64,000 bases of DNA from NCBI GenBank assembly GCA_965287045.1, contig OZ336889.1:13826001-13890000 (forward strand), read 5' to 3'. The notes below the pieces were generated by a model, which saw only the letters and a list, made by a program, of their open reading frames with translations, did not search any database and was not told where the DNA came from. A program made the position numbers and the translations under genes. This DNA comes from Carcharhinus amblyrhynchos (lineage: Eukaryota). This document shows, piece by piece, positions 25,267 to 39,156 of the stretch. Position 1 is the first letter of the stretch; the number at the start of each line of letters is the position of its first letter.

Positions 25267-25737
25267 TGATTTCTTTATTCTCAAAGTGGTGATGCCACAC
25301 TGAGAAATAGTAGGGTAGATTTAAGAATCCACTTGATAAACATGCAAGTTGATTAGCAGATTAGAGATAACACCTAACTTAGCTGGTTCTCAAGCAACTA
25401 TATGTTTAACAATGATTCTGACTCCTAAACTGGACAACGACTATAGAATTTGCACCAGTTTCTCTAAATGGGTGACATCCTCTGTTCCTGCAACACGGCT
25501 CTTATTTTTGTTTTCGCAGAAGCTGTGTGTCTTGCCATAAGCGTAAATTTGATTAGAATATATGCATTTGGGAAAGCAAGAGTATGTTTCCAAACCAACT
25601 CGTGCATGATTTCTTTGCCAAGCTCATATTGTGAATTGAGGCATTAGCATCTGTTGGCAATCTTTATAATAACAAAAACCAAAGCAATGCTATTGTTTTT
25701 GGGACTTGCATAAAATTAAACAAAAGTCAGTCAAACA

Positions 25738-25822
25738 CGCGCCGAAGTGTGGCACCTAGGGAATTTTCACAGAAACGTCACTGCATTGTTAATGTCTGCC
25801 TACTTGTGACTAATAAATAAAC
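25738..25822 (+). mobile_element. Isolated alternative SINE tail
   Basis: GTGTGGCACCTAGGGAATTTTCACAG...CCTACTTGTGACTAATAAATAAAC. Confidence 0.7.
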
Positions 25823-26640
25823 TGTAGCCTTGTTATGGGTTCATTAACAAGCTTCATATGACAATGACCATCAACCAATAACTTTTCTCAGTTTCCTTTC
25901 CAAAGTCTCTAATTTAAAGTAGTAGATCCTTTTCCTTTCGATCTAGCTGGCTGCCCCTTTTCCCCTCCAATCTCCTCAATGGTCCGTTTCCCTTTCCAAA
26001 CAGCTTAAGCTGATACTTGACATTTGCTCCTCAACCATTCATTTCCAACTCCTCCATCAAAATGCCACCCTTGATTTTTCTCCTCAACACTGTTTTCAAT
26101 TTCTTGTCCCTTTTTATTTCTATTTTGCTTTTGTTCTTTCCTCTTCTGTGACATCAATTTCCTCCTTGCTTTTTTCTTTCTTTCATTACTAGTCATTTTC
26201 CCTATCCCTTAAAATACCATCTATTTCTATCGTTTCCTTCCCTCTACTATATTTGCCATTTCTCCCTGCCCTTTGCCCATTTGTCATCTTTTGCATTTTC
26301 CTAGGTTTCCTTTTTACCCCTCCCTCCATCTGCTCTTTGTACCACTTTTACCCGCTGCTGACAAATGTGATTTAGCTACTGCATACTGTAGCCAAGGATA
26401 TGTAACCTACAGTAGGCAACAGATGGACTCGTTTGCATTAGCAACAGAACTGTGGTTGAAACAGTACTAAAGAAAGAGAGACTCAGTCTGTATTGCATGT
26501 TGGCAACAATTTCTACATCATGACTGGATTCCCAAAAACTGACTTGAATATATGAAATGCTAACATCGCATCTATGCAAATCCTTTAATGGAAAAACCAA
26601 GAGGAACAGCATAGAAGCAATTCTCTGGCTGCTGTCTCCT

Positions 26641-26868
26641 GACACAGTGGCACAGTGGTTAGCACTGCTGTCTTACAGTGCCAGGTGCCCAGGTTTGATT
26701 CTGGCCTTGGGTGACTGTCAAATTTGCATATTCTCTTAGTGCCTGCATCCTCCGGGTGCTCCAGTTTCCTCCCACAGTTCAAAGATTTGTAAGTTAGGTG
26801 GATTAGGCATGGTAAATGGGGATAGAGTGGTGGGATAAGATGCTTTTTTGGAAACAGCTGAATGGTCA
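26641..26868 (+). mobile_element. HE1-like SINE; tail resumes at ~29761-29788 after a 2.9-kb CR1 insertion
   Basis: Head GACACAGTGGCACAGTGGTTAGC; ...GCTGAATGGTC | CATCTTCTGCACTGTAGGGATTCTAT. Confidence 0.75.
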
Positions 26869-29748
26869 TAGAACAAAGAACACCACAGCACAGGAAACAG
26901 GCCCTTTAGCCCTACAAGCCCATGCTGCCCATTTTAACACTCAGTGAGTGCCTCATTCCAATCCTCCTCCTACCTACGACTTTTGTCTACACCTCTCTTG
27001 GACTCCACAATAAAGGGGTGCAATTTAGAGAATTATATGTGCACCAGATTAAGGGAGATCTAATTTAGGGACAATTTGTTGACACCAATCAACCTAAAAG
27101 CACGTTTTTGGGGTGTGGGAGGAAACCAGAACACCTGGAGAAAACCTACACAAGCACGGGGAGAATGTGCAAACTCCCACTGACACTGACCCAAGTTGGA
27201 GATCCGACCCGGGTCCCTGTATCTGCACAGCAAACAGTGGTAGTCACTGAACTGTCATGTTGCCTGTCAGTTGGTCCAGTTTAAGTGTGTGCTAACAACG
27301 TGAAGCACTAGGCAACTCTCGAAGCGATATCCAAGAGCAGCCCTCGCACGACCCACCACATGTATGCCCCTTGTTGGCCAACAAGGCAGACTGAATCACC
27401 TGTGGATGTTTAAAAAAAAAAGACATCAATAAACATACACAGCCTATACAGACATTCACGGAAGATCCCCAGAAGCTCAAACGTAAGAGACAGGTGAGCC
27501 ATAAAATATGTTGGACGGCCCATAGGAATCGGTTGATTCCCAGGAATGTCCCGAGGCTCTTGATCCTTAACTAGAACATTCTTTTGTATCCCTCCATCTC
27601 TAGTCTGCTCATGTGCCTATCTAGGTAAGCCTTAAACAACTCTAGCATGCCTGCCTCCTCCACCCTACTTGGCAGTGCATTCCAGGCCCCCACAACCCTA
27701 TGTGTGAAAAACCTTCCTCTAACATCTGAATTATACCTCACCCCTCTAACCCTAAGCCCGTGGCCCCTCGTGATTTTCGTACCCAACCTGGGAAAAAGCT
27801 TCCCACTGTTCACTCTATCTATAGCCTTCATAATCTTATACACCTCTATTAGGTTTCCCCTTATTCTCCATCTTTCCAGGGAGAACAGCCCCAATTTGCC
27901 CAATCTCTCCTCATAGCTAAGACCTTCCATACCAGGCAGCATCCTGGTAAACCTCCTCTGCACTCTCTCCAGGGCCTCCACGTCCTTCCGGTAGTGTGGC
28001 GACCAGAACTGGACACAATACTCCAAATGTGGTCTAACCAACGTTCTATACAACTGCAACATTATACGCCAGCTTTTATACTCTATACCCCTTCCTATAA
28101 AGGCAAGCATACCATATGCCTTCTTCACCACCTTCTCCACCTGTACTGCCACCTTCAAGGACTTGTGAACTTGCACACCTAGGTCCTTCTGCGTTTCTAT
28201 ACTCTTAATAGTCCTACCATTTATTGTATAACTCCCCCCTGCATTATTTCTTCCAAAATGCATCACCTCACATTTATCTGGATTAAATTCCATCTGCCAT
28301 TTCTCCGCCCAATTTACCAGCCTATCTATATTCTGCTGTATTGTCCGACACTGTTCATCACTATCAGCAAGTTCAGCCATCTTCGAGTCATCTGCAAACT
28401 TGCTGATCACACCAGTTTCTCCCTCTTCCAAATCATTTATATATATTACAAATAGCAAAGGTCCCAATATGGAGCCCTGCGGCACACCACTAGTCATAAA
28501 CCTCCAGCTAGAAAAAGACCCATCCACTGCTACCCTCTGTCTCCTGTTGCCAAGCCAGTTCTCAATCCATCTAGCCACCTGTCCTTATATCCCATGAGCC
28601 TTAACCTTTTTTCACCAACCTGCCATGGGGGACTTTGTCAAACGCCTTACTGAAACCCATATAGACGACATCCACGGCTTGTCCTTCGTCAACCATTTTT
28701 GTCACCACCTCAAAAAATTCTACCAGATTCGTAAGCACAACCTCCCCTTTACAAAGACATGTTGCCTGTCACGAATCAGATTGCTACGTTCTAAATACGT
28801 ATATATCCTATCTCTAAGAATCCTCTCTAACAACTTCCATACCACTGACGTCAAGCTCACCAGCCTATAATTACCCGGGTTATCCCTACTACCCTTTTTA
28901 AACAACGGTACCACATTTGCTATCCTCCAGTCCTCTGGGACCTCACCTGTATTCAAAGAAGAGACAAAGGTTTTCGTCAGAGGCCCAGCAATTTCATCTC
29001 TTACCTCCCTGAGCAGCCTAGGATAAATGCCATCAGGCCCCGGAGATTTATCAGTTTTAATATTACCTAAAAACCCTAACACTTCCTCCCTAGTAATGTA
29101 GATTTTCTCCAACGGGTCAACAATTCCCTCCAAGACGCTTCCAGGCAACAAGTCCCTCTCCTTTGTGAACACTGACGCAAAGTATTCACTCAGGATCTCC
29201 CCCATTCCCTTGGGCTGTAAACATAGTTCCCCTCCTTTGTCCCTAAGAGGACCGATTTTTTTTTTTCTAACCACCCTTTTGTTCCTAACATATGAATAAA
29301 ACGCCTTTGGATTTTCCTTAATCTTGTCTGCCAAGACCATTTCGTGCCCCCTTTTTGTCCTTCTAACTCCCCGTTTGAGTTCCCTCCTACTCTCTCTGTA
29401 TTCCTCTAAAGCTCTCTCCATTCTGGACCTAACATATGCCTCCCTTTTATTCCTGATCAAGTCCTCAATATCCCTAGTTATCCACAGCTCTCTAATCCTA
29501 CCTTTCCTATCCTTCCTCTTAAAAGGCACATGTCTGTCCTGCAACCTTATCACTTGTCCCTTAAAAGACTCCCACATGCCAGATGTGGACTTACCCTCAA
29601 ACAACCTCTCCCAATCAGTGGCTAACAGTTCCTGCCTAATCCAGCTGCAGCTAGCCTTCCCCCAATTTAGCACCCTACCCTTCGAACAACACTCATCCTT
29701 TTCCATTAGTATCCTGAAGCAGACGGAATTGTGGTCACTATTTGCCAG
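26869..29748 (-). mobile_element. Relatively young 5'-truncated CR1 LINE with ~700-nt 3' UTR
   Basis: ORF2 pieces 28720-29706 (KENPKAFYSY, FASVFT, KSPGPDG, NYRLVSLTS) and 27571-28578 (SGVPQGSILGP, FADD, RPHLEYC); tail GGGCCTGTTTCCTGTGCTGTGGTGTTCTTTGTTCT ending ~26870. Confidence 0.9.
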
Positions 29749-30099
29749 CTACATACTGCTCCATCTTCTGCACTGTAGGGATTCTATAACTCCAGAATTA
29801 TTATGAGTGACTTAATATAGAAATTGGTACCTATCAATATCTTGGATCTGCTTGTTAATATCCAGTATTGGCCTCCTGCACAAAGTACAAACCAAGTCAA
29901 CAGTGAGAAAACGCTGGAGAAATTACAGCCCACCAATTGTGAAGAATTCAATCCCTTTAACAAATCTATTTTTAGTAATTCAGTATGAGTCATGGTCCCC
30001 ATTTTCCCTTCTCCCTGTTAATCCCTTTTAGAGACAAGTAACTGAGAAAGTTGGTGAGGGCAGTGCTATTCATGTACATATGTACTTTCAACCATTGTT

Positions 30100-31600
30100 T
30101 GGTACGGTAATATACAGTTAAGGGTTAACATAAGCATACATGATGCTAATGTAGCAATGGGGTCAAATCACATGACTGAGTAGTAAGAGAGCAGAAGCTG
30201 CTTCCTTGTTTGGAGGTCCACATGTCTAAATACTTGCTGTAAATAAATAGTTCTGGTTTAAAAGGCTTTGGACTCGAGCAGCATTGTTTTGGGAGACTAG
30301 CTAATCCCTAAACCACTGCCAAACAACAAAACATTGGCAGCAAGTGAAAGATCCAGCAAAGGCTGAAAGAAGCCATGGGGCTGGTAAGAAAACTTTGAAG
30401 GATGGACAAAAAAAAAATTCCAAGATATTAGAAAATTGAGGAGTACGGAGACATGCTGTGATGCAAACCCAGAGACCAGTAAGCAAAGGCCCTAAACAGC
30501 AAGCAGCAATGGAGAAGCAGGATCAAACACAGGAACAGTTTCAGGGCTCAGCGGAAGCATGGAATCCACCCTTCCCTCCCAGATTATTGCAATCTTCATC
30601 TATTAAATTACAAGGTTCTGGGGGAACAGCCAACTTGTGTCAAAGCTGAAATACAGAGATCAAGGAATCCTCGAACCTTTCAATGTCACGAAAATCAAGA
30701 ATGTTCTTGAGCGGAAAGCAGAAAGCCATGCCTAAAACTGAAATTAATTTGTAAAGTGGATAAAGTTGCTGATGAGAATTACAGCACTACATTCCAAAAC
30801 AAATTTCCAAAATTCTTTATAGGGCTGGGAAAATTAAAGATCGAGTATCACGTCACCCTGCAAGCTAATGCTAAATCAAATTTGTCTTTTCACCCATTCT
30901 TGGACAAAGTTGAAGTTGAAATAGAGAAGATATAGCAGCAAATAATTATCTCACCAGTCACCATGGTAACAAAATGGTGTTCAAGTGTGGTTATGATCCC
31001 AAAACCAAGCCTTTTAAGAATCTATATGAATTTAGTTCCAGTAAACAAAGCAATGGAATGTGAGATCCACCTAATGGCCTCTGGATGAGAAATTAGCAAA
31101 ACTGGCCAAGAGCACTTTATTTACCAAATTGAATGCAAACAGTGGATCTTGGTAGTTACCCATGGACAGAATCCGATTGCTGACCAAATGTTTAACATCT
31201 GTCAGTTGCTCTTGTTTCAATAGATTGCTTTTTGGTCGTGCATTCTCTTCAGAATTTCTATCCAATGCTTTACAAAGCATGGCAGGAATAATAATAGATG
31301 ATATAATGTGGATTTATGAGAGAAGGGCATGATCACAGGATCTGAGCAGTCTTGACAGCCTTACAGGAAGGATTCAAGTCTAATACTGAATAAAGAAAGA
31401 AAAACAGAAAATGCTGGAAAATCTTAGGTCTGACAGCATTGGAGAGAGAACAGAGCTAACGTTTAAGTCTGGATAACTGTTCATCAGAGAACGAAGAATG
31501 TTAGTTTGCCAAACCCATTATCAAGTTTCAAGATCACTGAATATAAACCACTGTATTCACAGTTAATTCACGAAAAACAAAAATAATCAGAAATTTTCCA
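30100..31600 (+). mobile_element. Decayed Gypsy LTR retrotransposon (putative LTR, PBS and RT remnant)
   Basis: AAACA|TTGGCAGC at ~30333 fits an LTR end followed by a TGG PBS; RT remnants GLGKLK.EYH, TKWCSS, LAKL...FTKLNANSG.W at 30810-31330. Confidence 0.65.
31400..31490 (-). mobile_element. Short PLE-derived repeat with degenerate hammerhead motif
   Basis: Minus strand CT-CTGATGA-ACAGTTATCCAGACTT-AAAC-GT-T-AGCT; homologous to 8326-8420. Confidence 0.6.
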
Positions 31601-32730
31601 CAATCAAGGAGCATGGGGTAATGGCTACCTTTTGCTCTTTTACAACCAATTTTGAATCATTCCACACATCACTTAGTGACTTCTGAGTAATGTTCCTGAA
31701 ATATGTTCTAAATAATATTACAATGATAAACCCCAACTGAAATATTTCTAACCAGTAAATAAATCTTGGAGCGGTTGTAGCTTGGAGTACAGCCAACTAC
31801 TGCATTGTCTTGAGGTTTAATTTCCTCTCAGTTTTAGACATCTATTTTGCTTCATATATGGTATGGCTATTGAATATATATTCACTTTCCACGGTTAATG
31901 GCCCATTGAATACTTGGAATGAACCCAAAATGAAAAAGTAATGAATGCAACAAATGTATTTTTTTAACAGTATTTTATCATAAAGCAGACTTCCAAAGGG
32001 CAGTGATTTGGGATTTTCTATTTATTTTGTTTCACTAGTGTGCTCGCCTGACAGGATAGTTATTGTAGTACCAATTTAATTTTATTTTTCAGCTGCGTTT
32101 TTTTCATGTGTAAAATTGCATCTGTGACTTTTTTTGTGTTCATTACGATGCTTGTTGATTTATTGCTGGAGTCGTGAGTGTATTCTCATTGTGGTGGAGA
32201 CTTGAAACAATGTTAAACATCCATGAAATTGCCCTGATAATGTGTATTTAATACAGCTACAGAAAGCCTCCACACTTGCACCAGGTGACATTCTCGTTAT
32301 CGCATTCATCTCAAACTATTAACCCTTTGTGTTCTGGTGTTTCTCTTAGCCAACACCCCCATAGATTTAAATCATCCTTTGTTGAAAGGACAGAAAACGT
32401 GTTCTGTCAGTGGTGTTTTATTTCCTAATCTGTTTTTGACGGTGTGGGGGCAACATATTTAACTGATTAGTCCCAACCAAGCTCCGTGATTGTGTTTTTT
32501 TTTGAAGGCATCATCTCTATTTGCTAGTCTATAATTCCACAGGTATCTGTCATCTTAGAGTAAGTATCCTTAGTGGTCATTATTTACACACTTTCCAGCC
32601 CTGATCTCATCCAACTTGCGTTAATATGATTTTAAAATATATATCCAAGCATCTTTAACTGGAGCATATCTCACATTCTTTTAAAATTTCATTTAGTTAC
32701 TCTTCTGATTGCTAATTGTTGGGAGCAGAA

Positions 32731-32898
32731 TAAACAAAGCAATGGAACGTGCAAGCCACCTAATGGCCTCTGGATGAGAAACTAGCAAAACTGGCAAGAA
32801 CACTTTATTTACCAAATTGAATGCAAACAGTGGATCTTGGCAGTTATCCATGGACAAAGAATACAGATTATTGACCACATTTCTAACTCCTGTCATTG
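32731..32898 (+). repeat. Direct duplicate of the Gypsy RT remnant at 31042-31209
   Basis: Shared TAAACAAAGCAATGGAA...CCACCTAATGGCCTCTGGATGAGAAA...CACTTTATTTACCAAATTGAATGCAAACAGTGGATCTTGG. Confidence 0.85.
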
Positions 32899-32981
32899 AC
32901 ACTTGTGAACTTAATTCTGCAAAGGTTTTTGTATGACTTGAAGTACTTGATGCTGTGAAAATGTGATCACTGATGTCCCTT

Positions 32982-34255
32982 ATTTGATTTGATTTACTAT
33001 TGTCACATGTATTAGCATACAGTGAAAAGTATTGTTTCTTGCTCGCTATACAGACAAAGCATACCATTCATAGAGAAGGAAACAAGAGAGTGCAGAATGT
33101 AGTGTTACAGTCATAGCGAGGGTGTACAGAAAGTTCAACTTGATGCAAGGTAAGTTCATTCAAAAGTCTGACAACAGCAAGGAAGAAGCTGTTCTTGACC
33201 TCAGACTTCTGCACCTTTTCCTGATGGAAGAAGGTGGAAGAGAGAATAACTGGGATGCATGGGGTCCTTAATTATGCTGGCTGCTTTGCTGAGGCAGCAG
33301 GAAGTGTATACAGAGTCAGTTGGTGAGAGGCTGGTTTGTGTGATGGATTGGGCTACATTCATGATCTTTTGTTCCTTGCAGTCTTGGGCAGAGCAAGAGC
33401 CATATCAAGTTGTGATGCAACCAGAAAGAATGCTTTCTGTGGTACAACTGTAAAAGTTAGTGAGAGTCATAGCTGACATGCCAAATTTCCTTAGTCTTCT
33501 GAGAAAGTAGAGGTGTTGGGCTTTTTTAACTATCGTGTTGGCTTGGGGGGACCTGGACAGTTTGGTGAGCTGGATACCTAATAGCTTGAAGCCCTCGACC
33601 TTTTCTATTACGTCCCCGTTGATGTAGACAGGGGCATGTTCTCTTTTATGCTTCCTGAAGTTGATGACAATCTTCTTCGTTTTGTTAACATTGAGGAAGA
33701 GATTATTGTTGTCGCACCAGTTCACCAGATTCTCTGTCATTCCTGTACTGTCTCGTTGTTTGAGATCTGACCCACTACAGTGGTGTCGTCAGCAAACTTG
33801 AAAATCGAATTGGAGGGGAATTTGGTCACAGTTATAAGTGTGTAAGTAGTAGGGGATGAGAACACAGCCTTATGGGGCACCAATGTTGAGGATGATCTTG
33901 GAGGAGGTATATTTGCCTGTCTTTACTGATTGTAGTCTGTATGTTAGGAAGTTCAGGATCCAGTCGCAGAGGGAGGTGCTGAGGCCCGGACCACAGAGTT
34001 TAGAGATGAGTTTTGTGGGAATAATGGTGTTAAAGGCTGAGCTATAGTCAATAAATGGGAGTCTGATGTGGGTGTCTTTGCTATCTAGGTGCTCCAGGGT
34101 TGAGTACAGGGCCAGGGAGATGGTGTCTGCTGTGGACCTGTAGCAGCGATTGGCAAACTATAGTGGATCCAAGTAGTCTGGGAGGCTGGAATTGATTTGT
34201 GCCATGACTACCCTCTTGAAGCACTTCATAATTATGGATGCCAGATCCACTGGCC
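32982..34255 (-). mobile_element. Rex1/Babar-clade LINE (RT C-terminus and 3' end); further piece at ~34720-34975
   Basis: WCDNNNLFLNVNKTKKIVINFRK...LYFLRRLRKFGMS..TLTNFYSCTTESILSGCIT; FADD at ~33790; (TCAAA)n tail. Confidence 0.8.
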
Positions 34256-36529
34256 GATTAACGCAGCACTAACAAATTCTGTAGCAGCAAAGAAAAGTCT
34301 CTTTTAAGCTCCATGATGATCCTTTCGAAATAGCACAGTCATTCCCTCCTACCACTGAGGGTGTCTTCAGCTGTGCATGGTTAAGAGAGGGCATTAACAA
34401 GATCCCAAATGGCAAGTTGACTATTAAATAAAGTTGAGACATTTACTGACATCACGATCTGCTCACTCCACCTACTTCCAGTCCATTCATGGGATGTCTG
34501 CGCTAGTGTTCTTCCTAACGTGGTGATGGTGTGGACATTTCAGCACCATTTCTTTTAGGTCTTGCCTTCCATAGCAGTGAAACTAGTAGTGCTGAAGATA
34601 CACATTTTGCACTTTAGTCTCTGTATTAAACAGTGGAGCCCAGAACAGAACATCTCCAACTGAATGTTTTTCCAGACAGGAATGAGCAAGCCCAGTAATA
34701 AGCAAGGAACTTCAGATGAATGGTTTTTCTTAGGTACTAGGATGATGGTCATCTTCTTGGAGCAAATAGGGACCTCAGATTGTTTTAAAGAAAGGTTGAA
34801 GATGCCTGTGAAAACCGCCACCAGCTGATCCATGCAGAATCTGAGTGCTTGTCCAGGTACTCGCTTTCTGTGGGAAAGCTGCTCTGATATCTGTAATAGT
34901 GACCTCAGATACAGGTTCATCCAGGGCTTCAGGATACATTGAGCTCACCAGGAGATTCATAACCATGGTAGGCATATCACTTTACCGAAGCCCCTTACTT
35001 GAGAACTTAGAATTGGCAGTTGCTGCAGCATAAGCCTTTGAAATTGAATGTCTGGAACGGTTTCATCATTAGAAATGGCTGATTAGACATAAGTGTCTAC
35101 ACTGTTTTAGCTAATTTTACGTCTGCCAGAATTGTGTGAGTACATGCAATACATTTTCTACTTTGCTGTGAAATTTCATGGTCTCTTTCAGCAAAATTTG
35201 ACATTCTGGCAAAAAGAGACATCATATTTGGGTGCAGTTTCTAACCTTTTCTCTTGCAATTGCAAGTGGTGCTTTGCCTTCATTAGGATGACTGCTGAGA
35301 ATATTTGCTTGCACACCCAAATTAAGGCACATAATGGAACATAGTTTGGTGATGATTCTAAAAACTGGATATTTGACCTCAAAAGGACATTTCAATAATC
35401 ATTTAAACACATTGTAGCATTAGCAAATCCATTTTCAATTCAAACGTGTCCACAGCAAGCAGTTCAAATAGTTTCAGAAAGCTCCCAATGTTTCATGAAC
35501 ATGTCAGTGGTATTGCAAGTTATCAAAGCTAAAAAGACGAGAAATTATTTCAGAAGTGTTTTTTGTTGAATAAGAGGCCCAAATCTTCCATTCCTAAGAT
35601 TGTAGATGTTGGGCTGAAGATGCTGATTTGTGGACCAAATTGAAGTTTAAACTTCCAATGAGCAATTCTCTTTTCCCTGGGACCCTCTGCAAACGACTCT
35701 ACCTCTGCATTGGAGTCAGAGACTAAGGAAAGTTCCACGGTATTTATGTGGATAGTATTCAGGACATTTTTGATTCATTTAAAGCCTGGTTGAAAAGCTG
35801 GGCAACTCCACAGCTGCCACTCCGTTCCTCCCCCAACCCAACTAGATAACCACCACCCCTGATCCAAATCAATTTCCTATTCAACTATCCTTCTGCCCTA
35901 ACTATGTATTTGACTAACTCCACCCACCCAGTCCTTCTTTCCCCCCCAAAAAAAAGTCTGAAGCCAACTACCCTCCCCCACTGACACAAATACCTGAGCT
36001 AGTTCTCAAAAATTGGACCTTTAAATTTATCAGAATACAGCAGCCAGTGCCATAAAAAGAGGGCAAGGTCTGTTTTCCCCTAACTCTGCTACACTCCAAC
36101 AAAGTTCCCCAGCAGACATTGGGCTGTGCATTTCTTTGACAGTCTAGCTTTGAAAATCCTGGAAGAAATTTGCAGCGGCTCCGGGTCAGAATAATCTTTG
36201 CACCAAGTGGCAATGTGTGCAACGTTGCTGCTGCTTGGAATATTCAGATCTTGATTTCAGTCTAGAAATTTCACATTTTTTCTAAGAACCAAATGAAAAT
36301 TTTCTCTTTTAAATTTGATGCAAATTTTTATTTCTCTAAGTAATCTACCTTTTCATTAATTTCTTGCACAGAAGACAAAATAGTGTCTTATTTTCCACTA
36401 CGACAAACTGAATTTCTCATCCATTGTAAAATTTCCATATGTTTTTGACAAATCTTAGTCCTTAGTTAGAGGCTGCAGTAGCACGTGCATCAGTTTTCAA
36501 AGAACTAATTTTATTTCATGAGCAACTCT

Positions 36530-37313
36530 AGATCCAACCCCTCCACCATACTAAATGGGATAAATTTCAAAGCAACTTAAGGCTGAGCATTTATGAAGTT
36601 ATATGGGCCACCAGCAACGGCAGAACTGCACCTAATCACAACCTGTAACCTCATGGTACAGCATAACTTCTGCTCTACTACTACTACCAAGCCAGGGAAT
36701 CAATTATGGCTCAATGAAGAGTGCAGCAGGGCATGCCAGGAGCAAATACCAGGCATGTCTAAAGTGAAGCTACGACAAAGGACAACTTTTAATTTGGGAG
36801 CAATTGTCCATGTTGTTTATGCTATTTGGCACACACTACCTATGTGCCAAGTAGATAAGCAGCATGCAATAAACAAAGCTAAGCAATCCCACAATAAATG
36901 AATCACAACTAAACTCTGCAGTCCTACCATATCCAGAATGGTGGTGAATGATTGAACAACTTACTGGAGGAGGTGTCTCCACAAATACCCTCATTAGCAA
37001 TGGTGAGAGATGCAAGCATGTCAGTGCACAAGATGAGGCTAAAGCATTTGTAACAATCTTCAGCCAATTCAATTCACTCCACATGCTATCAAGAAATGGC
37101 TGAAGGCACTGGGTGTTACAAAGGCTTTGGGCCCTGACAGTATTCTGGCAATTGTACTGAAGACATGCTGCAGAACTTGCTGTGCCCCTAGCCAAGCTTT
37201 TCCAGTACAGCTACAACACTTGCATCCACCTAGCAATGTAGAAAATTGCCCAATAATGTCCTATACACACGAGAAGCAAGAGAAATCCAACCCAGCCAAT
37301 TATCGTCCCATCA
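36530..37313 (+). mobile_element. Old LINE (CR1/L2 superclade) ORF2 fragment; probable 3' end at ~40395-40655
   Basis: GPDSILAIVLKTC...KQEKSNPANYRPI; homologous to 61940-62591. Confidence 0.7.
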
Positions 37314-39150
37314 TAGAAACATAGAAAATAGCAGCAGGAGTAGGCTACTCGGGTCTTTGAGCCTGCTCTGCCACTCGTTATGATCGTGGCTGATCATTTA
37401 ACTCAATAGCCTGATCCCGCTTTTCCCCTATATCCTTTGATTCCCTTCACAGCTATATCTAACTCCTTCTTGAAAACCGAGAATGTTCCTCAACAGCTTT
37501 CCCATGGTAATGAATTGCACAGGCCTACCATTCTAGATGAAGAAATTTCTCCATTACACTCCTAAATGGTTTACAGTATCCTCAGGTTGTGACTCCTGGT
37601 TCTGAACCACCTTGTCGCTCCCCCCCACCCCCCCCTCCACCACCACCACCACCACCCCCGCCCCCCTCCCCAACGCCACTGGGAACATCCCTCCTGCATT
37701 GACACTGTCTAGTTCTGTTGGAACTTTCTAGGTTTCTATGAAATGCTCCCTCATTTCCAGCAAATATAATCCTAATGGACTCGATCTCTCCTCATACGTC
37801 AGTCCTGCCATTCCAGGAATCAATCTGGTAAACCTTCGCCACACTCCCTCTACAGCAACAACATCCTTCCTCGCGTAAGAGGACCAAAACTGCACACACT
37901 ACTCCAGGTCTGACATCCCTGCTCCTGAACTCATATCCTTGCATTGTAAAGGGCAGCACACTATTTGCTGCCTTTGCCATCTGCTGCACCTGCACACCCA
38001 TTTACAGCGAGGACACCCCAGTTTCATTGCACATTAGCCCCTCTCGATATAATCTGCCTTCCTGCTTTTGCCACTGAAGTAGATACCCTCACATTTATCC
38101 ACATCATGCTGCATTTGCCCATGCACTTAGCATGTCCAAATCACACTGAAGCATCTCTGCAACCTCCTCACATTTCGCACTTCCACCTAGCTTTGTCATC
38201 TGCAAATTGGGAAATATTCCATTCAGTTCCCTCATCTAATTCATTAATATATACTGTCAATAGCTGGGGTCCTAGCACCAATCTGAGACACTCCACTAGT
38301 GACTGCCTTCCATTTGGAAAAAGACCTGTTTATTCCTATTCTTTGTTTCTCGTCTGCCAACCAGTTTTTTTAATCCAGCACAATACACTACCCTCAATTC
38401 CACGTGCTTTAATCTTTTATGTGGAACTTCATCACAAACCTTGTTAAAGTCCATAGAACCATGTTCACTGGCTTCTGTCCGTCAACTCTACGAGTTACAT
38501 CCTCGAGGAATTCCAATAGATTTGACAAGCAGGATTTTCCTTTTGTAAATCCATGCTGACCCTCTGATTCTACCACCGTTTTCCAAATGTTTTGCTGTGA
38601 AAACTTTGACAATGGACTCTAGAATTTCCTCCACTATGGACATCAGACTAACTGGACTTTAATTCCTTGTTTTCTCTCTACTTTCCTTTTTAAATAGTGG
38701 GGTTACATTTACTACCCTCCAATCTGTAGGAACTGTCCCAAAATCTATAGCATCTTGGAAGATGACTATCTATACATCCACTATATCCAGGGCAGCATTG
38801 TGGCACAATGGTTAGCATTGCTGCCTCACAGCGCCAGGGACCTGGCTCCAATTCCCTAATTGGGTCACTGTGGAGTCTGCATGTTCTTTGCATGTCTGCA
38901 TGGGTTTCCTTCCACAAGTCCAAAAGATGTGCTGGTTAGGTGCAATGGTTGTGTTAAAATTCTCTTTCAGTGCACCCGAACAGGCTCTGGAGTGTGCCAT
39001 CTAAGGGATTTTCACAGTAACTTCATTGCAGCATTAATATAAGCCTACTTATGACACTAATAAATCAATTTTAAAAACTCCAACTTGGAACACTTCTCTA
39101 AGTACTCTGGGATGTAGACTATCTGGCCCCGGATATTTATCAGCCTTCAC
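37314..39150 (-). mobile_element. CR1 LINE, degenerate, with nested SINE
   Basis: (TAGAAACA) tail at 37314; QHGFTKGKSCLSNLLEFLEDVT (38409-38612). Confidence 0.85.
38790..39075 (+). mobile_element. HE1-like SINE (alternative tail)
   Basis: GGGCAGCATTGTGGCACAATGGTTAGC...TTTTCACAGTAACTTCATTGCAGC...GACACTAATAAAT. Confidence 0.85.
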
Positions 39151-39156
39151 ACCCAC

